From the human T2T-CHM13v2.0 reference genome, Homo sapiens: a stretch of DNA of 64,000 nucleotides. The position numbers and the translations under genes were made by a program. Where the stretch lies: NCBI RefSeq assembly GCF_009914755.1, contig NC_060947.1; one strand, written 5' to 3'. Under the pieces are notes generated by a model, which was not told where the DNA came from, made no database searches, and saw only the letters and a list, made by a program, of their open reading frames with translations. Positions 51,401 to 63,400 of the stretch are shown here, in pieces. Each line of letters opens with the position of its first letter. The stretch's first letter is position 1.

Positions 51401-54400
51401 GAATGCAATCATCACTCAGAAGTTTCTGAGAATGCTTCTCTTTAGTTTTTACGTGAACATATACCCGTTTCGAACGAAGGCCACCCAGTGGTCCAAATAT
51501 CCACTTGCAGATTATACAGAAAGAGTGTTTCGAACCTGAACTCTCAAAGGCAGGTTCATCTCTGCGGGTTAAAAGCATTCATCATGAAGAACTTTCTCAG
51601 AGTGTTTGTGTTTAGTTATGGGAAATTATTCCCGTTTCCAACGAAATCCTCAGAGAGCTCCAAATATCCACCTGCAGATTCTACCAAAAGTGTATTTGGA
51701 AACTGCTCCATCAAAAGGCATGTTCAGCTCTGTGAGTGAAACTCCATCATCACAAAGAATATTCTGAGAATGCTTCCATTTGCCTTTTATATGAAGTTCC
51801 TTCCTGTACTACCGTAGGCCTCAAAGCAGTCCAAATCTCCATTTGCAGATTCTATAAAAAGAGTGATTCCAATCTGCTCTATCAATAGGATTGTTCAACT
51901 CCATGAGTTGAATGCCATCCTCACAAAGTAGTTTCTGAGAATGCTTCTATCTGGTTTTTGTGTGAAGATATTTCCTTTTCCACCACAGGCCTCAAAGCCC
52001 TCCAAACGTCCACTTGCAGATTCTCGAAAAAGAGTGTTTCATAGCTGTTCTTTCAAAAGGAAAGTTCAACTCTGGGAGTTGAATACAAACATCACAAAGT
52101 AGTTTCCGAGAATGCTTCTGTTTAGTTTTTATGTGAAGATGATCCCGTTTCCAGTGAAATCTTCAAAGAGGTCCACATATCCCCTTGCAGATTCCAAAGA
52201 AAGAGGGTTTCAAAACTGCTCCATCAGAAGGATTGTTCAACTCTGTGAGTTGAATGCAGTCATCGCAGAAAACTTTCTGAGAATGCTTCTGTCTAGGTTT
52301 GATGTGAAGATATAGACGTTTCAAACGAAGGCTACAAAGTGGTCAAAATATACACTTGCAGATTCTACTACAAGGGTGTTGCAAACCTGAACTATCAAAG
52401 GAAGGTTCAACTCTGTGAGTTGAATACAAACATCACAAAGAATGTTCTGAGTTTGCTTCCGTTCAGTTATGGGAAGTTGATCCCGTTTCCAACGAAATCC
52501 TCAGAGAGGTCCAAATATCCCCTCGCAGATTCTACAAAACGTGTGTTTGGAAACTGCTCCATCATAACGAATGTTCAGCTCCCTGAGTTAAACTCCATCG
52601 TCACAAAGAATTTTCTGAGAGTGCTACCGTCTGGTTTTTATATGAAGTTCTTTCCTTCACTACCACAGGCCTCAAAGCGGTCCAAATCTCCACTTGCAGA
52701 TTCTACAAAAAGAGTGTTTGCAAACTGCTCTATCAAAAGGATTGTTCAACTCTGGGAGTTGAATGCAATCATCACAGAGCAGTTTCTGAGAATGCTTCTA
52801 TGTCGTTTTTAGGAGAAGATATTTCCTTTTCCAACACAGTCCTCCAAGCCCGCTAAATAGCCACTTGCACATTGTAGAAAAAGTGTGTCAAAGCTGCGCT
52901 ATCAAAGGGAAAGTTCAACTCTGTGAGGTGAATGCAAACATCCCAAAGAAGTTTCTGAGAATGCTTCCGTTTAGCTTTTAGGTGAAGATTATCCCGTTTC
53001 CAACGAAACCTTCAAAGAGGTCCAAATATCCCCTTGCGGATCCCACAGAAAGAGTGTTTCGAAACTGCTGTTTCAAAAGGAATCTTCAACTCTGTGAGTT
53101 GAATGCAATCATCACAAAGAAGTTTCTGACAATGCTTCTCTCTCGTCTTTCTGTGAAGATAAAGGAAAAGGCTTTCAGGCCTTTTCCACCACAGGCCTGA
53201 AAGCGCTCCAAATGTCCACTTGCAGATTCTGCGAAAAGAATATTTCAAAACTGCTCTATGAAAAGCAATGTTAAACTCTGCGGCTCGAACACAAACATCA
53301 CAAAGCGGTTTCTGAGAATGCTTCAGTTTAGTTTTTCTGTGGAAATATTCCCGTTTCCAAAGAAATCTTCAAAGAGGTCCACGTATCCACTTACAGATTC
53401 TACAAAAAGACAGTTTCAAAACTGCTCCATCAAAAGGAGGGTTCAACCGTGTGACTTGAATGCAATCATCACTCAGAAGTTTCTGAGAATGCTTCTCTTT
53501 AGTTTTTACGTGAACATATACCCGTTTCGAACGAAGGCCACCCAGTGGTCCAAATATCCACTTGCAGATTATACAGAAAGAGTGTTTCGAACCTGAACTC
53601 TCAAAGGCAGGTTCATCTCTGCGAGTTAAATGCATTCATCATGAAGAACTTTCTCAGAGTGTTTGTGTTTAGTTATGGGAAATTCTTCCCGTTTCCAACG
53701 AAATCCTCAGAGAGCTCCAAATATCCACCTGCAGATTCTACCAAAAGTGTATTTGGAAACTGCTCCATCAAAAGGCATGTTCAGCTCTGTGAGTGAAACT
53801 CCATCATCACAAAGAATATTCTGAGAATGCTTCCGTTTGCCTTTTATATGAAGTTCCTTCCTGTACTACCGTAGGCCTCAAAGCAGTCCAAATCTCCATT
53901 TGCAGATTCTACAAAAAGAGTGATTCCAATCTGCTCTATCAAAAGGATTGTTCAACTCCATGAGTTGAATGCCATCCTCACAAAGCAGTTTCTGAGAATG
54001 CTTCTATCTGGTTTTTGTGTGAAGATATTTCCTTTTCCACCACAGGCCTCAAAGCCCTCCAAACGTCCACTTGCAGATTCTCGAAAAAGAGTGTTTCATA
54101 GCTGCTCTTTCAAAAGGAAAGTTCAACTCTGGGAGTTGAATACAAACATCACAAAATAGTTTCCGAGAATGCTTCTGTTTAGTTTCTATGTGAAGATGAT
54201 CCCGTTTCCAGTGAAATCTTCAAAGAGGTCCACATATCCCCTTGCAGATTCCAAAGAAAGAGGGTTTCAAAACTGCTCCATCAGAAGGATTGTTCAACTC
54301 TGTGAGTTGAATGCAGTCATCGCAGAAAACTTTCTGAGAATGCTTCTGTCTAGGTTTGATGTGAAGATATAGACGTTTCAAACGAAGGCTACAAAGTGGT

Positions 54401-57400
54401 CAAAATATACACTTGCAGATTCTACTACAAGGGTGTTGCAAACCTGAACTATCAAAGGAAGGTTCAACTCTGTGAGTTGAATACAAACATCACAAAGAAT
54501 GTTCTGAGTTTGCTTCCGTTCAGTTATGGGAAGTTGATCCCGTTTCCAACGAAATCCTCAGAGAGGTCCAAATATCCCCTCACAGATTCTACAAAACGTG
54601 TGTTTGGAAACTGCTCCATCATAACGAATGTTCAGCTCCCTGAGTTAAACTCCATCGTCACAAAGAATTTTCTGAGAGTGCTACCGTCTGGTTTTTATAT
54701 GAAGTTCTTTCCTTCACTACCACAGGCCTCAAAGCGGTCCAAATCTCCACTTGCAGATTCTACAAAAAGAGTGTTTGCAAACTGCTCTATCAAAAGGAAT
54801 GTTCAACTCTGGGAGTTGAATGCAATCATCACAGAGCAGTTTCTGAGAATGCTTCTATGTCGTTTTTAGGAGAAGATATTTCCTTTTCCAACACAGTCCT
54901 CCAAGCCCGCTAAATAGCCACTTGCACATTGTAGAAAAAGTGTGTCGAAGCTGCGCTATCAAAGGGAAAGTTCAACTCTGTGAGGTGAATGCAAACATCC
55001 CAAAGAAGTTTCTGAGAATGCTTCCGTTTAGCTTTTAGGTGAAGATTATCCCGTTTCCAACGAAACCTTCAAAGAGGTCCAAATATCCCCTTGCGGATCC
55101 CACAGAAAGAGTGTTTCGAAACTGCTGTTTCAAAAGGAATCTTCAACTCTGTGAGTTGAATGCAATCATCACAAAGAAGTTTCTGACAATGCTTCTCTCT
55201 CGTCTTTCTGTGAAGATAAAGGAAAAGGCTTTCAGGCCTTTTCCACCACAGGCCTGAAAGCGCTCCAAATGTCCACTTGCAGATTCTGCGAAAAGAATAT
55301 TTCAAAACTGCTCTATGAAAAGCAATGTTAAACTCTGTGGCTCGAACACAAACATCACAAAGCGGTTTCTGAGAATGCTTCAGTTTAGTTTTTCTGTGGA
55401 AATATTCCCGTTTCCAAAGAAATCTTCAAAGAGGTCCACGTATCCACTTACAGATTCTACAAAAAGACAGTTTCAAAACTGCTCCATCAAAAGGAGGGTT
55501 CAACTGTGTGACTTGAATGCAATCATCACTCAGAAGTTTCTGAGAATGCTTCTCTTTAGTTTTTACGTGAACATATACCCGTTTCGAACGAAGGCCACCC
55601 AGTGGTCCAAATATCCACTTGCAGATTATACAGAAAGAGTGTTTCGAACCTGAACTCTCAAAGGCAGGTTCATCTCTGCGAGTTAAATGCATTCATCATG
55701 AAGAACTTTCTCAGAGTGTTTGTGTTTAGTTATGGGAAATTATTCCCGTTTCCAACGAAATCCTCAAAGAGCTCCAAATATCCACCTGCAGATTCTACCA
55801 AAAGTGTATTTGGAAACTGCTCCATCAAAAGGCATGTTCAGCTCTGTGAGTGAAACTCCATCATCACAAAGAATATTCTGAGAATGCTTCCGTTTGCCTT
55901 TTATATGAAGTTCCTTCCTGTACTACCGTAGGCCTCAAAGCAGTCCAAATCTCCATTTGCAGATTCTACAAAAAGAGTGATTCCAATCTGCTCTATCAAA
56001 AGGATTGTTCAACTCCATGAGTTGAATGCCATCCTCACAAAGCAGTTTCTGAGAATGCTTCTATCTGGTTTTTGTGTGAAGATATTTCCTTTTCCACCAC
56101 AGGCCTCAAAGCCCTCCAAACGTCCACTTGCAGATTCTCGAAAAAGAGTGTTTCATAGCTGCTCTTTCAAAAGGAAAGTTCAACTCTGGGAGTTGAATAC
56201 AAACATCACAAAATAGTTTCCGAGAATGCTTCTGTTTAGTTTCTATGTGAAGATGATCCCGTTTCCAGTGAAATCTTCAAAGAGGTCCACATATCCCCTT
56301 GCAGATTCCAAAGAAAGAGGGTTTCAAAACTGCTCCATCAGAAGGATTGTTCAACTCTGTGAGTTGAATGCAGTCATCGCAGAAAACTTTCTGAGAATGC
56401 TTCTGTCTAGGTTTGATGTGAAGATATAGACGTTTCAAACGAAGGCTACAAAGTGGTCAAAATATACACTTGCAGATTCTACTACAAGGGTGTTGCAAAC
56501 CTGAACTATCAAAGGAAGGTTCAACTCTGTGAGTTGAATACAAACATCACAAAGAATGTTCTGAGTTTGCTTCCGTTCAGTTATGGGAAGTTGATCCCGT
56601 TTCCAACGAAATCCTCAGAGAGGTCCAAATATCCCCTCACAGATTCTACAAAACGTGTGTTTGGAAACTGCTCCATCATAACGAATGTTCAGCTCCCTGA
56701 GTTAAACTCCATCGTCACAAAGAATTTTCTGAGAGTGCTACCGTCTGGTTTTTATATGAAGTTCTTTCCTTCACTACCACAGGCCTCAAAGCGGTCCAAA
56801 TCTCCACTTGCAGATTCTACAAAAAGAGTGTTTGCAAACTGCTCTATCAAAAGGAATGTTCAACTCTGGGAGTTGAATGCAATCATCACAGAGCAGTTTC
56901 TGAGAATGCTTCTATGTCGTTTTTAGGAGAAGATATTTCCTTTTCCAACACAGTCCTCCAAGCCCGCTAAATAGCCACTTGCACATTGTAGAAAAAGTGT
57001 GTCGAAGCTGCGCTATCAAAGGGAAAGTTCAACTCTGTGAGGTGAATGCAAACATCCCAAAGAAGTTTCTGAGAATGCTTCCGTTTAGCTTTTAGGTGAA
57101 GATTATCCCGTTTCCAACGAAACCTTCAAAGAGGTCCAAATATCCCCTTGCGGATCCCACAGAAAGAGTGTTTCGAAACTGCTGTTTCAAAAGGAATCTT
57201 CAACTCTGTGAGTTGAATGCAATCATCACAAAGAAGTTTCTGACAATGCTTCTCTCTCGTCTTTCTGTGAAGATAAAGGAAAAGGCTTTCAGGCCTTTTC
57301 CACCACAGGCCTGAAAGCGCTCCAAATGTCCACTTGCAGATTCTGCGAAAAGAATATTTCAAAACTGCTCTATGAAAAGCAATGTTAAACTCTGTGGCTC

Positions 57401-60400
57401 GAACACAAACATCACAAAGCGGTTTCTGAGAATGCTTCAGTTTAGTTTTTCTGTGGAAATATTCCCGTTTCCAAAGAAATCTTCAAAGAGGTCCACGTAT
57501 CCACTTACAGATTCTACAAAAAGACAGTTTCAAAACTGCTCCATCAAAAGGAGGGTTCAACTGTGTGACTTGAATGCAATCATCACTCAGAAGTTTCTGA
57601 GAATGCTTCTCTTTAGTTTTTACGTGAACATATACCCGTTTCGAACGAAGGCCACCCAGTGGTCCAAATATCCACTTGCAGATTATACAGAAAGAGTGTT
57701 TCGAACCTGAACTCTCAAAGGCAGGTTCATCTCTGCGAGTTAAATGCATTCATCATGAAGAACTTTCTCAGAGTGTTTGTGTTTAGTTATGGGAAATTAT
57801 TCCCGTTTCCAACGAAATCCTCAGAGAGCTCCAAATATCCACCTGCAGATTCTACCAAAAGTGTATTTGGAAACTGCTCCATCAAAAGGCATGTTCAGCT
57901 CTGTGAGTGAAACTCCATCATCACAAAGAATATTCTGAGAATGCTTCCGTTTGCCTTTTATCTGAAGTTCCTTCCTATACGACCGTAGGCCTCAAAGCAG
58001 TCCAAATCTCCATTTGCAGATTCTACAAAAAGAGTGATTCCAATCTGCTCTATCAATAGGATTGTTCAACTCCATGAGTTGAATGCCATCCTCACAAAGT
58101 CGTTTCTGAGAATGCTTCTATCTGGTTTTTGTGTGAAGATATTTCCTTTTCCACCACAGGCCTCAAAGCCCTCCAAACGTCCACTTGCAGATTCTCGAAA
58201 AAGAGTGTTTCATAGCTGCTCTTTCAAAAGGAAAGTTCAACTCTGGGAGTTGAATACAAACATCACAAAGTAGTTTCCGAGAATGCTTCTGTTTAGTTTT
58301 TATGTGAAGATGATCCCGTTTCCAGTGAAATCTTCAAAGAGGTCCACATATCCCCTTGCAGATTCCAAAGAAAGAGGGTTTCAAAACTGCTCCATCAGAA
58401 GGATTGTTCAACTCTGTGAGTTGAATGCAGTCATCGCAGAAAACTTTCTGAGAATGCTTCTGTCTAGGTTTGATGTGAAGATATAGACGTTTCAAACGAA
58501 GGCTACAAAGTGGTCAAAATATACACTTGCAGATTCTACTACAAGGGTGTTGCAAACCTGAACTATCAAAGGAAGGTTCAACTCTGTGAGTTGAATACAA
58601 ACATCACAAAGAATGTTCTGAGTTTGCTTCCGTTCAGTTATGGGAAGTTGATCCCGTTTCCAACGAAATCCTCAGAGAGGTCCAAATATCCCCTTGCAGA
58701 TTCTACAAAACGTGTGTTTGGAAACTGCTCCATCATAACGAATGTTCAGCTCCCTGAGTTAAACTCCATCGTCACAAAGAATTTTCTGAGAGTGCTACCG
58801 TCTGGTTTTTATATGAAGTTCTTTCCTTCACTACCACAGGCCTCAAAGCGGTCCAAATCTCCACTTGCAGATTCTACAAAAAGAGTGTTTGCAAACTGCT
58901 CTATCAAAAGGAATGTTCAACTCTGGGAGTTGAATGCAATCATCACAGAGCAGTTTCTGAGAATGCTTCTATGTCGTTTTTAGGAGAAGATATTTCCTTT
59001 TCCAACACAGTCCTCCAAGCCCGCTAAATAGCCACTTGCACGTTGTAGAAAAAGTGTGTCAAAGCTGCGCTATCAAAGGGAAAGTTCAACTCTGTGAGGT
59101 GAATGCAAACATCCCAAAGAAGTTTCTGAGAATGCTTCCGTTTAGCTTTTAGGTGAAGATTATCCCGTTTCCAACGAAACCTTCAAAGAGGTCCAAATAT
59201 CCCCTTGCGGATCCCACAGAAAGAGTGTTTCGAAACTGCTGTTTCAAAAGGAATCTTCAACTCTGTGAGTTGAATGCAATCATCACAAAGAAGTTTCTGA
59301 CAATGCTTCTCTCTCGTCTTTCTGTGAAGATAAAGGAAAAGGCTTTCAGGCCTTTGCCACCACAGGCCTGAAAGCGCTCCAAATGTCCACTTGCAGATTC
59401 TGCGAAAAGAATATTTCAAAACTGCTCTATGAAAAGCAATGTTAAACTCTGTGGCTCGAACACAAACATCACAAAGCGGTTTCTGAGAATGCTTCAGTTT
59501 AGTTTTTCTGTGGAAATATTCCCGTTTCCAAAGAAATCTTCAAAGAGGTCCACGTATCCACTTACAGATTCTACAAAAAGACAGTTTCAAAACTGCTCCA
59601 TCAAAAGGAGGGTTCAACTGTGTGACTTGAATGCAATCATCACTCAGAAGTTTCTGAGAATGCTTCTCTTTAGTTTTTACGTGAACATATACCCGTTTCG
59701 AACGAAGGCCACCCAGTGGTCCAAATATCCACTTGCAGATTATACAGAAAGAGTGTTTCGAACCTGAACTCTCAAAGGCAGGTTCATCTCTGCGAGTTAA
59801 ATGCATTCATCATGAAGAACTTTCTCAGCGTGTTTGTGTTTAGTTATGGGAAATTATTCCCGTTTCCAACGAAATCCTCAGAGAGCTCCAAATATCCACC
59901 TGCAGATTCTACCAAAAGTGTATTTGGAAACTGCTCCATCAAAAGGCATGTTCAGCTCTGTGAGTGAAACTCCATCATCACAATGAATATTCTGAGAATG
60001 CTTCCGTTTGCCTTTTATATGAAGTTCCTTCCTGTACTACCGTAGGCCTCAAAGCAGTCGAAATCTCCATTTGCAGATTCTATAAAAAGAGTGATTCCAA
60101 TCTGCTCTATCAATAGGATTGTTCAACTCCATGAGTTGAATGCCATCCTCACAAAGTAGTTTCTGAGAATGCTTCTATCTGGTTTTTGTGTGAAGATATT
60201 TCCTTTTCCACCACAGGCCTCAAAGCCCTCCAAACGTCCACTTGCAGATTCTCGAAAAAGAGTGTTTTATAGCTGCTCTTTCAAAAGGAAAGTTCAACTC
60301 TGGGAGTTGAATACAAACATCACAAAGTAGTTTCCGAGAATGCTTCTGTTTAGTTTTTATGTGAAGATGATCCCGTTTCCAGTGAAATCTTCAAAGAGGT

Positions 60401-63400
60401 CCACATATCCCCTTGCAGATTCCAAAGAAAGAGGGTTTCAAAACTGCTCCATCAGAAGGATTGTTCAACTCTGTGAGTTGAATGCAGTCATCGCAGAAAA
60501 CTTTCTGAGAATGCTTCTGTCTAGGTTTGATGTGAAGATATAGACGTTTCAAACGAAGGCTACAAAGTGGTCAAAATATACACTTGCAGATTCTACTACA
60601 AGGGTGTTGCAAACCTGAACTATCAAAGGAAGGTTCAACTCTGTGAGTTGAATACAAACATCACAAAGAATGTTCTGAGTTTGCTTCCGTTCAGTTATGG
60701 GAAGTTGATCCCGTTTCCAACGAAATCCTCAGAGAGGTCCAAATATCCCCTCGCAGATTCTACAAAACGTGTGTTTGGAAACTGCTCCATCATAACGAAT
60801 GTTCAGCTCCCTGAGTTAAACTCCATCGTCACAAAGAATTTTCTGAGAGTGCTACCGTCTGGTTTTTATATGAAGTTCTTTCCTTCACTACCACAGGCCT
60901 CAAAGCGGTCCAAATCTCCACTTGCAGATTCTACAAAAAGAGTGTTTGCAAACTGCTCTATCAAAAGGAATGTTCAACTCTGGGAGTTGAATGCAATCAT
61001 CACAGAGCAGTTTCTGAGAATGCTTCTATGTCGTTTTTAGGAGAAGATATTTCCTTTTCCAACACAGTCCTCCAAGCCCGCTAAATAGCCACTTGCACAT
61101 TGTAGAAAAAGTGTGTCAAAGCTGCGCTATCAAAGGGAAAGTTCAACTCTGTGAGGTGAATGCAAACATCCCAAAGAAGTTTCTGAGAATGCTTCCGTTT
61201 AGCTTTTAGGGGAAGATTATCCCGTTTCCAACGAAACCTTCAAAGAGGTCCAAATATCCCCTTGCGGATCCCACAGAAAGAGTGTTTCGAAACTGCTGTT
61301 TCAAAAGGAATCTTCAACTCTGTGAGTTGAATGCAATCATCACAAAGAAGTTTCTGACAATGCTTCTCTCTCGTCTTTCTGTGAAGATAAAGGAAAAGGC
61401 TTTCAGGCCTTTTCCACCACAGGCCTGAAAGCGCTCCAAATGTCCACTTGCAGATTCTGCCAAAAGAATATTTCAAAACTGCTCTATGAAAAGCAATGTT
61501 AAACTCTGTGGCTCGAACACAAACATCACAAAGCGGTTTCTGAGAATGCTTCAGTTTAGTTTTTCTGTGGAAATATTCCCGTTTCCAAAGAAATCTTCAA
61601 AGAGGTCCACGTATCCACTTACAGATTCTACAAAAAGACAGTTTCAAAACTGCTCCATCAAAAGGAGGGTTCAACCGTGTGACTTGAATGCAATCATCAC
61701 TCAGAAGTTTCTGAGAATGCTTCTCTTTAGTTTTTACGTGAACATATACCCGTTTCGAACGAAGGCCACCCAGTGGTCCAAATATCCACTTGCAGATTCT
61801 ACAGAAAGAGTGTTTCGAACCTGAACTCTCAAAGGCAGGTTCATCTCTGCGAGTTAAATGCATTCATCATGAAGAACTTTCTCAGAGTGTTTGTGTTTAG
61901 TTATGGGAAATTATTCCCGTTTCCAACGAAATCCTCAGAGAGCTCCAAATATCCACCTGCAGATTCTACCAAAAGTGTATTTGGAAACTGCTCCATCAAA
62001 AGGCATGTTCAGCTCTGTGAGTGAAACTCCATCATCACAAAGAATATTCTGAGAATGCTTCCGTTTGCCTTTTATATGAAGTTCCTTCCTGTACTACCGT
62101 AGGCCTCAAAGCAGTCCAAATCTCCATTTGCAGATTCTATAAAAAGAGTGATTCCAATCTGCTCTATCAATAGGATTGTTCAACTCCATGAGTTGAATGC
62201 CATCCTCACAAAGTAGTTTCTGAGAATGCTTCTATCTGGTTTTTGTGTGAAGATATTTCCTTTTCCACCACAGGCCTCAAAGCCCTCCAAACGTCCACTT
62301 GCAGATTCTCGAAAAAGAGTGTTTTATAGCTGCTCTTTCAAAAGGAAAGTTCAACTCTGGGAGTTGAATACAAACATCACAAAGTAGTTTCCGAGAATGC
62401 TTCTGTTTAGTTTTTATGTGAGGATGATCCCGTTTCCAGTGAAATCTTCAAAGAGGTCCACATATCCCCTTGCAGATTCCAAAGAAAGAGGGTTTCAAAA
62501 CTGCTCCATCAGAAGGATTGTTCAACTCTGTGAGTTGAATGCAGTCATCGCAGAAAACTTTCTGAGAATGCTTCTGTCTAGGTTTGATGTGAAGATATAG
62601 ACGTTTCAAACGAAGGCTACAAAGTGGTCAAAATATACACTTGCAGATTCTACTACAAGGGTGTTGCAAACCTGAACTATCAAAGGAAGGTTCAACTCTG
62701 TGAGTTGAATACAAACATCACAAAGAATGTTCTGAGTTTGCTTCCGTTCAGTTATGGGAAGTTGATCCCGTTTCCAACGAAATCCTCAGAGAGGTCCAAA
62801 TATCCCCTCACAGATTCTACAAAACGTGTGTTTGGAAACTGCTCCATCATAACGAATGTTCAGCTCCCTGAGTTAAACTCCATCGTCACAAAGAATTTTC
62901 TGAGAGTGCTACCGTCTGGTTTTTATATGAAGTTCTTTCCTTCACTACCACAGGCCTCAAAGCGGTCCAAATCTCCACTTGCAGATTCTACAAAAAGAGT
63001 GTTTGCAAACTGCTCTATCAAAAGGAATGTTCAACTCTGGGAGTTGAATGCAATCATCACAGAGCAGTTTCTGAGAATGCTTCTATGTCGTTTTTAGGAG
63101 AAGATATTTCCTTTTCCAACACAGTCCTCCAAGCCCGCTAAATAGCCACTTGCACATTGTAGAAAAAGTGTGTCAAAGCTGCGCTATCAAAGGGAAAGTT
63201 CAACTCTGTGAGGTGAATGCAAACATCCCAAAGAAGTTTCTGAGAATGCTTCCGTTTAGCTTTTAGGGGAAGATTATCCCGTTTCCAACGAAACCTTCAA
63301 AGAGGTCCAAATATCCCCTTGCGGATCCCACAGAAAGAGTGTTTCGAAACTGCTGTTTCAAAAGGAATCTTCAACTCTGTGAGTTGAATGCAATCATCAC

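Noticed and set aside
14837-58273. 79-aa ORF present only in B and C units through two different stop-loss changes (tag to cag, tag to tcg)
   Set aside because: It looks like convergent read-through, but it is two adjacent SNVs in non-coding satellite with a GTG start and no sign of expression.
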